From positions 1,335,389 to 1,399,388 of the forward strand of contig BCKZ01000001.1 of NCBI GenBank assembly GCA_001600815.1: a stretch of DNA of 64,000 bases. The letters run 5' to 3'. Positions within the stretch are counted from its first letter, which is position 1, and each line of letters begins with the position of its first letter. A model generated the notes under the pieces. That model searched no databases, had not been told where the DNA came from, and was given only the letters and a program-made list of their open reading frames with translations. This document shows, piece by piece, positions 1-10,957 of this stretch. The stretch comes from Alloascoidea hylecoeti (Eukaryota). A program made the position numbers and the translations under genes.

Positions 1-1337
1 TACGGAATATTGTCCCATATTTCTTGGCCATTGTCTGAGTCAGCTCTCAAGATGATAATTGCTTTTGTCTTAATTTGTTGAATAACAGCGCTGTATGTTA
101 TAACTATAATTTGTTAATAACCACTACATTGAATCAGCGGTAGATAAGATAGCTATTGCTTGATATTAGTTAGCGCGTTATATATTTAGGATATTTTTAA
201 ATTAATATATTTGTGGGTACAGTAGTCTTTACAATTGGATATCAAGGTCTAGGCATAAAATATATAAAGATAAAATAAATTTGGTGGTGGGTTTGGGAAT
301 ATGCATAATTATAGTATACCGTGGGTTGAAAATTGAAATCGATGATTCTGAGAAATTCGCCAGACCCGCAGATATCTTGCATCAAAATCTTCAAATTTTA
401 GCGTATCTCATGTTCATGGCCAATCATAATGAACTTGCACGGTAAACGTGGTTGAAGAAATAACCATCGTATAGATCCAATTTTATGCAAGTAATGCTTT
501 ATAATGGTTTTACATATGCCTTGCCCTTGGACGTCGTTTAGTACCGCGATTCTAAATAATTTCGACCATTCTGGTACTAATTAACAGCCATCCATTAATC
601 AACTTTTGGCTTTATTAACGGTATGACCGGTGAATACAACTTCGTGTGCCAAACCTGGGCGAAATTTAGTTATGAGGATGGTTTATAATTAATAATAATA
701 ATGGGCTAAATTAAGTGGAATAACAGTATTATTATTTAGTTAGGGTGTAAGTTTTTACTGCAACTCTACAATGCCAATGGTCCTAAAGCTGCTTTACCTA
801 TTACTTCTTTGAGATCGTTGATTTTTGTTGCGGCGTATAAAAAAGTAATAGTCTTCTTCTCTACTAGAAGTTGATCAAAATCTCCAGGTTGTCTAGCTAT
901 AAGGAAACCTCATCGTTTTATAATGCTCGCGATGGTACGTCAATACAAATAGAAAAAAGTTACTTCCATAATTTGTGATTTTAATACTAAGAAATAATCT
1001 AGTTGTAATATTGAGTGCCAATGAGCGGTTAATCCTTTCATTAACTACAAACTTATAACTTGGTCTTAAATATAGGCCAGTCGATGCTGATGATGAGCAT
1101 TGCACTATCATGATGCCATAAGGCTTATATAGTTTCAACCACATCTAGATCTTGGATTAAGTACAAGTTTTCGTCACTATAATTTAGAAAAATGACTCTA
1201 CAAATCACTTTACAATTGGCATACTAGATATTCCATACTACAGTAAATGATCAATCTATGAAGTACAATGAGTAGATTATAATGACATTAAATAACAGGA
1301 CTTGAGCTTTTTATATCACCACACCGTTATATATTAT

Positions 1338-2111
1338 TTAGATATATCCAATCTTGTTAGCAACATCCAAAGCATCGTAATCAGCAGCTAATCTGACATA
1401 AGCTTTCTTGGTACCATTTGGTCTGATTAAAGTGTTAACTTTCTCGGCTTCAACATCGTACAATTTCTTCAAAGCATTTTTGATTTGATGTTTGTTGGCT
1501 CTGATGTTGACAATAAAGACCAAAGTGTTGGCATCTTCAACTTTCTTCATTGCTGTTTCTGATGTTAAAGGTTCAATAATGACTTTAAATTCATCTAAAC
1601 GGTTATAATGTGGGACACTCTTGCGGGCATACTTTGGAGCACGAGCTAACTGAAGAGTTTTTGGTCTTCGGAAAGATGTTGAGGTACGTGTCTTAAGAAC
1701 CTTTTTGGAGTGGATACCCTTAAGAGTGGCTTTCTTGGCGTTCAAAGCTTTGGTGGATGCTATTGAAAAGTTAGTATTATATTCTTTTAAATATGAATAC
1801 GAAATGAATGAAGATATAATGATAAGATTGTGATGATTTCTAGAGTATTTGAAAAAGTGCAAAAGATTAAGCATGTCCATTCAGCGGCAATCACAATGAA
1901 TAGTCGTAACATTATTTTGAAGATGGTATTGTCTGCTACTTCACTTGCTGCTGTTTAATTTTTTTCAGACCCAAATTGACTGCAATTCTTCCCACACCAA
2001 AATTCCATTCGCTCATAAAAATCATCATCCTTTCAATATATTCACATATTCTTTCAAACTAATAATCTAAGTGTTTGATTTGTTTTAAAACATACATTTT
2101 GCGGCAGCCAT
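1338..2111 (-). CDS. RPL25: 60S ribosomal protein L25 (uL23); exons 2111-2096 and 1759-1338, intron 1760-2095
   Basis: [14 protein letters not shown]...[20 protein letters not shown] is typical uL23. Intron GTATGT...TACTAAC...TAG joins a 16-nt exon (MAAAK) in frame, giving 145 aa. The ORF-track N-terminus is intron read-through. Confidence 0.96.
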
Positions 2112-2182
2112 TGTTGAATATATTAGTCGTGATTATTTGCTTGAACTGTTTTGGAATATTAGAAATCTATGGTCGTTCTAGT

Positions 2183-2266
2183 TTGAGTGCTGTGACTATA
2201 ATTACGCCACTGTCAAAACCACAGAAGTGACTGCTCTATGTATTAGCCCTAATAGTATCCACGTGA
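2183..2266. promoter_or_regulatory. RPL25 promoter motifs: TTGAGTGCTG, TGTGACTA (Homol-D-like), TAGCCCTAAT (Tbf1-like), CACGTGA (Cbf1-like)
   Basis: Motifs read directly; the first three recur upstream of RPS11. Factor assignment is by analogy to known fungal ribosomal-protein regulons. Confidence 0.65.
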
Positions 2267-2475
2267 TATAATACATATTCTAAACCTTATTTGACCAAAA
2301 GAAGTTATGATTTTTATAAAGAAGGCCTCGGGAATTTTAAGTGAGAATGCTGCAAACATTTCTGTTTATATTTATATTTATATTTATATTATTATCATAT
2401 TATACTGGTACTATATACAACCTCGACTTTTCTGGAGGAGAATATTCCTGATAACAAATAGCATACACACAGAAA

Positions 2476-3184
2476 TTACACCCTCCTATATGCTTTGGCA
2501 CGAGGACCACCAAACTTAATCTTTGTATTGTCGGAAATTCTTGTAATCCATGGTTTCACTTTGGCTCCTTCTTTTCCCAGTAGAGCGGCTATAAAACCAC
2601 GTCTAGCGTAATTGTTTCCGCATAAAATTATCTCAATGTTTTTGCCTAAATAACCTCTTTGTTCAACGACAGAAAAGAAACGGGATGAAACTTGAAATGC
2701 TGGATCAAAGCCTTTTTTGGCTTTAGCTCGAAATCCCAGATGCCCAGAACTAATGTGGTACTTGAGCTTTTGAGGTAACTTCAAGTAATATAAGACTTTA
2801 TCATTAAAACTCATTTCTGGGTGTGCTTCTTCAAAATTTGGGATTTCTTCAACAGCAGAGATTCCTAAATGTGTGTTACACTTATTAAATGTAGCTCTTA
2901 TAATATATTTCACCGCAACAGGCTCCATTTCTTGAATGACATTTGAATCTTCTTCCACATTGGGCTTTACTTGTTGTGTATTTATATATTTACCAGGTGT
3001 TTTGGTAGCAGATCTGACATCCAATAATGGTGCTATAAATTTACCTGTTAGTACGGCTAATTCTAATGAAAGTGGCTGACATATGCTTACATCCTGTAGA
3101 AAACTGCCTAAAAGGAGATAATCCTACTCTTAGAGCAGAAAAGGGGGTTCCAGTTATCTGCTTTAATAGCCTGGTCCTAATCAT
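2476..3184 (-). CDS. MRPS18: Mitochondrial ribosomal protein uS11m; exons 3184-3091 and 3044-2476, intron 3045-3090
   Basis: S11 motifs (ATFNKCNTH, SSGHLGFR, ISDNTKIKFGGPRAK); 46-nt intron GTAAGC...TACTAACAG restores an Arg/Leu/Ser-rich presequence-like N-terminus; 220 aa. Confidence 0.85.
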
Positions 3185-3317
3185 TGCTATATCTTATTAG
3201 ACTTGATGTTGGGAAAAATTAGGAGTGAGCGTAACCTCCGGGTAAATCTTCTAACCTTATTAGGCCAACATCACCATCATTCATCTGTCAGACATCAGAT
3301 CTGTACAATTGGGTCAC

Positions 3318-5128
3318 ATGGAAAGAAAAACTCGGACCTCCGGTCATGAAGGAACTGGTGTCGGTGGTATGTCAGTTATTGGAATGAATGGTGGGTTTTC
3401 TTTGAGAAATCTATCGTTTTTACTCGGTTATTTTACTGTGTAGATTATGGTCGTGGATAAATGGAATCACCATTACTTTAATTTATAATTAAAAAGTCCC
3501 CCGAGTTCACGAGCATGATTTCAAAATGAAGAAATGAGACTACTCCTTTTGTTGAATATTGTCTAACTATAATTTTTGATTTAGCTGTTTTACAAATATA
3601 CGATAGGCATGACCACCTAATAAATGTCTCGATAACTGGTTCTAAACCTATAGCAAAAGGAACATTTGGTACGGTTTTCAAGGCATCATTCCAAACTATC
3701 GATGACTCGCAGAATGGCTGTCCTCAGCAAATTGTTGCTATTAAACGAATAATTCAAGATGACCGCTATAAAAACAGAGAAATAGAGATAATGAAATTCA
3801 TTGACCATCCAAATATCACCAAACTTAAAGGATATTCAAATATAGATATCGTAAAAATGGATAAAGAGCGCAAATACAATTCAAGCGCTAGTTTTAAATT
3901 TAATTATCTAGCACATGGTGAAAATGAACAAAGAGATCCTCATAAATCATGTTTATCCATTATTATGGAGTTTATTCCAACAAATCTACACCAGGTTATA
4001 CAAATGCAAACTGAAACACCAAATAAAGCCTTATCAACTACAAAAATCATGATATACTTGTACCAAATTTTTAGAGGTTTGGCATATCTGCATTCTTTTA
4101 ACATTTGTCATAGGGATATCAAACCGACCAATATTATGGTTGATGCAAATAGTAGTGTGGTTAAAATTTGTGATTTTGGATCAGCCAAGATCCTCACGAG
4201 AAATGAACCAAATGTTAGTTATATTTGTTCAAGATATTATAGAGCTCCTGAACTCATCATAGAAAGTACTTGCTATACAACTATGATTGATGTCTGGTCC
4301 ACGGGATGCATCCTTGGTGAAATGATTACTGGGAAACCTCTATTTTCTACTGGAGAGGGTATTAAGCAACTAGATGAAATTGCAAAGGTACTGGGTACCC
4401 CTTCAGATGATACTGTTATATCTATGAATCCTTCTTTTTTCAAGCATCATCGATCTCTAAAAAGTATGGGCCATAAAAAAGTTTTGATTCATACTTCTTT
4501 TAGAAAAATTCTTAAAGATAAATGGTTTATTAATTTAATTACTGATACATTGGTCTATGATCCAACGAAAAGGTTATCGGCCATAGAATCAATGTGTCAT
4601 CCAACATTTGATTATCTAAGAAATAATTATGATCCAAATCTGGGCGGTATTGTTACACCAACTACAGGGGTTATTTTACCTCATGATGAACCTATCACTA
4701 AATGTCCCAATATATTTGAATTTACGGCTCTAGAAAAGGAAGCACCAAGAAATTATTTTCAATTATTGACACCAAAATATCTTATGGCCGAAAATGATAA
4801 CATTAATCCGTTGGTAAGTCCATCTAATAGACCAGACGGTCTAGATACTAGTACTAGATCCCCCAACTCTAGAAATCAATTGCATAGACTATTGATGAGA
4901 GCTTCGAGCAGTCATTTGGGATTCAACCTACACAGTAATAGCACTATAGCTAGCCCTTCAAGTGGGCATCGCGTTAGCAGATCAAGCCGCACTCTCAGTC
5001 GTTATGCCTCGACTGATATGCTGTCTGTTACGTTGACAGAAGGAGATTGGTTTAATCGTCATAAAACTAGTAAATCATCCAATAAGGAGTTTGACGAAAA
5101 AAGGCGAAAAATTAATAAAGAAAAATAA
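3318..5128 (+). CDS. GSK3-family Ser/Thr kinase (Rim11/Mck1-like); exons 3318-3366 and 3585-5128
   Basis: GTFGTVF Gly-loop and VAIK lie in frame upstream of the tracked ORF; HRDIKP, CDFGSAK, EPNVSYICSRYYRAPEL are GSK3 hallmarks. Intron GTATGT(3367)...GTCTAAC...TAG(3584). Exon 1 is inferred from phase match. Confidence 0.88.
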
Positions 5129-5357
5129 TATTAAAGGGATTTCCACTCGCCGTTTAAACATATAGACCCACCATCTTTCATGTTTGTTCATGCTATTTAT
5201 TTTCTTGTCGGGTATGTGATTTAATGATATGTGGATATCGATAGGTTTATGTCATATCATATTATAATTGTATTCAACCATTTAATTAATTATTTAGGGG
5301 TTCATGTTTTTATTTTGTTAAATTGATTATAATTAATGTTCATTGTTTTCCATAATC

Positions 5358-5389
5358 ATGGCCATGCATATGGCCATGCATATGGCCAT
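5358..5389. repeat. Short tandem repeat of ATGGCCATGCAT (about 2.6 units)
   Basis: atggccatgcat atggccatgcat atggccat read directly. Confidence 0.8.
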
Positions 5390-5712
5390 ATACCCAGATA
5401 TAACTATAGCCTTATCTACTCTCTGATGGTAAATATAAATATCATATCCCCATTTCTTTCTAGAAATAATCATTATTCGCCCAAGCAAGCTTTAGGTATA
5501 CTTTAAAGCTGATTCTATAACTAAAAACAAAATGCGCACATGTATGTATATTATTTTATAAAGTTCTAATTGAAGTTCTATATGTTTTATTTGATGCATT
5601 TATGAGTTATAAATTTTCTTTCTTTCTTCCAAATGGCAGTAATGCATATATGATCATATATATAAACTCGCTTGAAATATTTAAATATGATTTAGTTCTC
5701 TGTTTTGAATTT

Positions 5713-7018
5713 TTACATGCGTTCGATTTGCTCGTCAACAACATCAAGGGGTCTAGATTCGGCAGTTTTATTACCATAATACCTTTCGATATCAATGACG
5801 CCATTGAATACTAAGGTACCAAAGACCAAAAGAGAAAATCCAACGAGTTGCAGAAACTTGAAAGATTCCCAACCAAGAGACATAGAGATAATCCAAACTA
5901 AAAGAGTTCTACAAGTATCAATAGTTGACCTTGAGGTTGCGCTAAGATGATGGGTAAGTGATATGCCAAAGAAGTTAAAGCAAGCAATAGAGGTCATAAT
6001 CAAAAATGAAGAAAAGAGAACTTGGGGATTAGAATAAAACATTTGATGAAAACTGGTAACCATATCATAGATTGATCCTGGTTGCCGAATACCAAAGAAT
6101 AGGTGTAATAGTACCATAGCGGAAAAGGTTAAAGTAGTACCTGAAACGCCCTCATAGCCAACCAATTTTAAGGGAATGATTTTATATTTGGTCATAATAT
6201 GTTCTTCTATAACGAACTGAGAGGCAGTAAATACTTGAGCAAGTAGAATCAGAAACATTCCAACGACAACAAGAATGGCAGAAACATTTTTTGAGCCAGA
6301 ATCGGCATCACCGCTAGCCTCGCCACCCGAGGACCTGCTACCTGCCAAACCTACTAGAGTCACACCAAGGGTAACAATGAATAAACTACCCCATTCTATT
6401 CTTGAGATCCTGGATTTTAGAAATATAACACTAAATACAGCAACAAACAATATTAGAGCACCTCGAGTCATCTGGTAAATAGAAACAGGAGTATACATCA
6501 GACCAATGTTCATTAATGTCGTGCCGCACAAATCAAAGGTAGCTGGAATCGACAGTATTATTGATTCCTTTGTCGACATTTCACGTTTCGTCTCTATTTC
6601 ATTTTGCTCGGCTTGTGAGGATGTATCATTTGTAGCAGAACTATAGTTTGAACCACTATCAGTGTTTAATGAGCGATAGGCATTCCTGTCCCCGAGAATT
6701 TTCCTCAAATAACGTGTAAATTTTTGCCTATCAAAATTCAACAGAAAGTAAACGATCCAACTGGTAGATTCACCGATGAACATCTGTAATGTTTGAAGGA
6801 TAGGCTGCTCAAAGTAAACACGCTTAGATAGGTCCGGATCCTCACAATTATCTACACATTGATTATCTTGATATTTTGTAAGGAGGGAGTTGGCACACCC
6901 GCACGTTATTGTGCCGATAACCAGTATTAGGATCTATATGATGATATGTTCGCATCAGTATTATGTATGTTGTGATTGTAGTTCAGCTTAAACTTACTGT
7001 TAGGTTACTATGGGACAT
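5713..7018 (-). CDS. SLC35F6-like DMT/nucleotide-sugar transporter family membrane protein; exons 7018-6998 and 6933-5713
   Basis: Multiple hydrophobic helices; NSLLTKYQDNQCV, FEQPILQTLQMFIGE, SIYQMTRGALILF, SATSRSTIDTCRT. 64-nt intron GTAAGT...TACTGAT...TAG; 413 aa. Confidence 0.85.
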
Positions 7019-7222
7019 AGTGTTTCAAAATTGTGTGTTTAAGCAGTCAGGCAGATGTGGGGGTAGGAAGATAAGGATATGAAGTCGGTATGTATTATAC
7101 TCTACTAAAACTGCAAACTACGTTAATGCTAAATATTTAATTAAATATCACAACCCAACTAATAAATCGCTTTATCAATTAATTATCACTTTATTGATTA
7201 ATAATACCAAAACATATTGATA

Positions 7223-8509
7223 TTACCAGAACATCTCAACGAAAATATTGCCTCTCCAGATCTTCTTACATCCCGTTACAATGCATTTTGTAGGTGCAGT
7301 AAATGTATTTTCACTTATTTCGCCTATCTTCCTTTTTCGTTTTGTATTCTTGGGTGTCTTTCGACGCTTTCCTCGTTCGTTCATTATATTCTTTACACAT
7401 CGTCCACAATAAACATGTCCACACTTCGTAAAAAACGTCCTTTTTGAGAGTTCGGCATCCACAACTGTTAAGTTAGGCACTTCATGCCAATATTGGGGAA
7501 CATCGAATGGAGGAATTATATCTTTTCCTTTGCCATTATCATCTCTACCTTCAACTGGCAGATCATTTGGTCCTTTAATTTCATCCTTCTCTATTACATA
7601 ATCTGGGATGCCAACGCCTAATTCTACTCCACATAATGGACATACAAGAGCATTCTTCCCATCGATCCCTCGTGTATATCCCTTTTCTAGGGGTGGTAAC
7701 GCTTGTTCTAGCTTTAGTCTAGCATTGTAAGCACCTTTCTCTTTTGGATTGGAAGGAAATGAATTTGTTTGGTTGAGCTCATTTAATTGAGGTGACTGTT
7801 CCCGGGTAGAATAATTTGAAAAAACATTGAGATTAACTACTCTATTTAACATATCCATTTGGAAAGATGTAACTGGCCGAGGAGAAAGTCTTTCATTATT
7901 TCTGAATGATGCTCGAGGTACTGGTTCGTACATCGTTTCAAGGGGGATCATGCCTCCAGGAACATGCAAAGCGAAAGTATTTGCCTCTGCTTGCTGGAAG
8001 AAACGAACTCTTTCCCATCGAATTGTTTCTTCTCGTGCTTTTATTTGATCGAGTCTTGTATTTATTCTATTTGCTTCAGCCTGTAAATGAGACCTGCGAG
8101 ACATAGTTGATTGATGCATATTACTTGCTGTCCGTCGAACTTCTGCTAATATTCCCTCCAGTTTGTGTGTTAGTGTTGTTTTCTCTAAATTAATCATAAA
8201 AGCCTCTTCATTAAGAGCTTCTAGTCTTGTGACCAGTGAACGTTCGTTAGAAGACTGAAGTCCTGATCTTGGGAGTCGCGCTGGTCGTTGGGCGTCATCC
8301 AAAATATGTGATTCCTGTAATAATATAAGATCATCCTCATGATCCATATTTGTGGGATTCCTTCTTACTCGCCTTCTCCGTCCTGGGGCACCAGGAAAAA
8401 TTCTCATATTTTCTTGTTGCATAGTTAAAGGTTGTGGTGTTGAGGATGATCCTACCACTTCAATCTCATCGTCATTATCATTATCAGATATTATATCAAT
8501 GACATCCAT
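7223..8509 (-). CDS. SLX5: SUMO-targeted ubiquitin ligase subunit Slx5-like
   Basis: N-terminal SIM-like motifs (VIDII, IEVV); C-terminal variant RING CPLCGVELGVGIPD...ELSKRTF...CGHVYCGRC...KC resembling yeast Slx5. Confidence 0.85.
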   Translation of the reverse strand: MDVIDIISDNDNDDEIEVVGSSSTPQPLTMQQENMRIFPGAPGRRRRVRRNPTNMDHEDDLILLQESHILDDAQRPARLPRSGLQSSNERSLVTRLEALNEEAFMINLEKTTLTHKLEGILAEVRRTASNMHQSTMSRRSHLQAEANRINTRLDQIKAREETIRWERVRFFQQAEANTFALHVPGGMIPLETMYEPVPRASFRNNERLSPRPVTSFQMDMLNRVVNLNVFSNYSTREQSPQLNELNQTNSFPSNPKEKGAYNARLKLEQALPPLEKGYTRGIDGKNALVCPLCGVELGVGIPDYVIEKDEIKGPNDLPVEGRDDNGKGKDIIPPFDVPQYWHEVPNLTVVDAELSKRTFFTKCGHVYCGRCVKNIMNERGKRRKTPKNTKRKRKIGEISENTFTAPTKCIVTGCKKIWRGNIFVEMFW

Positions 8510-8800
8510 CGCACATAAATGGTGGAAGGAATAAATCTCAAATTCCGGGTTTTATTTAGCTGTTCTACCAAGTTGTTGACACTATTTTCTGGAAAGTAAG
8601 ATTTTATTTGTGTAAGGTTTATGATAAGGAAAATACCTCCACCCATCACAAATATTTAATTAAGTACAAACTCAGGTACAATTGCAGTGTAATTGTTTTT
8701 TGGACGGTAAAGCCTAAGACATATAATTTTATTCGTCCAAAGTGTCAGAGTTTACTTATTTAGCACAATAAATTGAAACAATAGTAATATTATATAAATT

Positions 8801-9965
8801 TTATCTACCAGCAAATTTTTCATCCTTTCTCAAGCTTTGGACTGATATTCCAACCATGGCTGGGCCCAAGTCGGTTGAAACTTCCACTAAAACCTTTGCA
8901 TCATTAAAATGTGTAACCGCTTGAACGATAGCTTTGGCTCTTTGTTCTGGATTGTTTCCTTTAAAGATACCGGATCCAACAAAAACACCATCACATCCTA
9001 ATTGCATACACATGGCTGCATCAGCTGGAGTAGCAACCCCACCAGCTGCGAAATTAACAACAGGTAAACGTTGTAATTTAGCTGTTTCTTGAAGTAATTC
9101 ATATGGTGCACCGATTTCTTTAGCATAGTGATATAATTCTTCTGGCGTTTTTGTTCCCGCAAGTTTAATTTCAGCCGATATCTGTCTCATGTGTTTGACG
9201 GCTTCAGTAACATCGCCGGTACCTGCTTCACCTTTTGTTCTGATCATAGCTGCACCTTCATTGATACGACGAAGAGCTTCACCCAAGTTCTTAGCTCCAC
9301 AAACAAAAGGAACCTTGTATGGCTGTTTGTGAATATGATTGACTTGATCGGCTGGTGTTAAAACCTCAGATTCATCAATATAATCACAACCTAATTCTTG
9401 CAGGATTTGAGCTTCGACAAAATGTCCGATTCTACATTTTGCCATAACTATTAAGCAACATAAAGTTAGTTTTATAACTGTATTAATTTTATTGTAGTAT
9501 AGTTACAAGGCATTAACATACCTGGAATAGTAACACTAAATATGACAACAATGTGTTAGAATATAATTGAATCTTCATAAAAGTAAATGATCACTTACGC
9601 ATCCATGATTTCTTTAATCATTTTGGGATCACTCATTCTTGCAACACCACCTTCAGCTCTAATATCAGCTGGAACTCTCTCAAGAGCCATTACAGCACAG
9701 GCACCGGCCTTTTCAGCAACAAGAGCTTGTTCGGCGTTAACAACACTATAAAAACATATTAGGCATAGTGTATTTTATAATTGATAATCATTTTGGCATA
9801 CTCCATGATAACACCGCCTAAAAAAAAAAAAAAATGTTAAAACTTCTTTCCTTCTATCACAACGAAAATCCCGCTGGGGAACAAAAGATAGCAATAAAAA
9901 GTGTACCCACCCTTTAACATTTGAGCCAAGCCAGCTTTAATTTTGAAATTTTCGGTGGAAGACAT
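8801..9965 (-). CDS. SNZ1: Pyridoxal 5'-phosphate synthase subunit (Snz/Pdx1); exons 9965-9911, 9817-9802, 9745-9599, 9535-9522, 9447-8801
   Basis: Spliced product gives [15 protein letters not shown]...[11 protein letters not shown]...[13 protein letters not shown], 292 aa; all four introns are GT-AG and phase-consistent. Confidence 0.95.
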
Positions 9966-10265
9966 TGGTATTTTAGAAGTAGAGATTTTTTGGTAATGTT
10001 TGGGAAATTTATTTGAAAAGTAAAAGTATAAAGCGGAATAACCGCTATTTATATAAAAACTCCAGACTAAAAATGTGTATTTCCAATGAGATCCCGAGTA
10101 TTAATTGATTAATAGACGATAGGTTATTGAGGTAAAGTCAAATATTACCCGAAATAAAGCAAAATCGAAAAGAAAACCTCGGGTCAATAACTTTATAATG
10201 TGGATGCTTTAATGCTATTTAGCATCCTATAAGTTTAGAACCCGCAAAGAGTCGGGCATTACTCT

Positions 10266-10409
10266 TGAGTCATGTCTATGACTCTCTCCGAAATTGCTGT
10301 GATTGGCTCAAAATTATGCACATGTATGCACATAGGCTAAATAAAAATAATATGCAGATCAAAATCTTCAAAGTTGACAAACTAGCCAATGAGTCATGGG
10401 TATGACTCA
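10266..10409. promoter_or_regulatory. Two pairs of inverted Gcn4/AP-1-type sites and two CCAAT boxes upstream of SNZ1
   Basis: TGAGTCAT-GTCT-ATGACTC (10266-10284) and TGAGTCAT-GGGT-ATGACTCA (10390-10409). SNZ1 is an established Gcn4 target in S. cerevisiae. Confidence 0.7.
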
Positions 10410-10957
10410 GTGAAATTCAATCTAACATATCCAAAAAATTTATTTCAACAATTCATAGTTTATTAACTCCCCTTTGAAAAGTTTTAGCTTTGGCACCAAA
10501 TAGCCACTAACTAAAAAAGTATACTACTATCAGCTAAAAGAAAGCAAAAATGCTGGAAACAATTCCAATCCTGTTATCCAAACAAAGGAGGGAAAATACG
10601 CATTAGTTACAATCATGAAGTCTGTCATCCGCTTAATCCTAGTTTATGAACTCATTATTATACTTAATATTAATAGTATATAATATGTTCGTATAAAAAG
10701 AAGTGGATATATTTATTTTACAATTCAGTACTACATGTATAATGTTATATTAACATCTAAAAATGAAATGATAACAAGATATATATATATGTAATTTCTT
10801 TATGGAATTAATAATTAAAATTTAAAAAAGAATGAATAGCCAGGATAAAAGTAGCCAACCCAATTACAGAAAACAATATAAATTTATAAGAAATAAGTAA
10901 AAAGCCAAATATGAAAATTGTAGCAACCTTATTATAGAACAGTATCTGATCCCGATT

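Noticed and set aside
1..1300. Patches of coding-like composition and an 83-aa ORF
   Set aside because: No recognisable peptide motif in the frames I translated.
1760..1880. N-terminal extension of RPL25 in the ORF track; similar extensions in NOP1, CYT1, SPT6 and KAP104 ORFs
   Set aside because: Intron read-through or upstream non-ATG starts; spliced models fit the conserved proteins.
1965..2028. Possible C/D snoRNA in the RPL25 intron (ATGATGA...CTGA, minus strand)
   Set aside because: No terminal stem, no clear C'/D' boxes and no rRNA complementarity I could recognise; the C-box-like word also fits the intron pairing stem.
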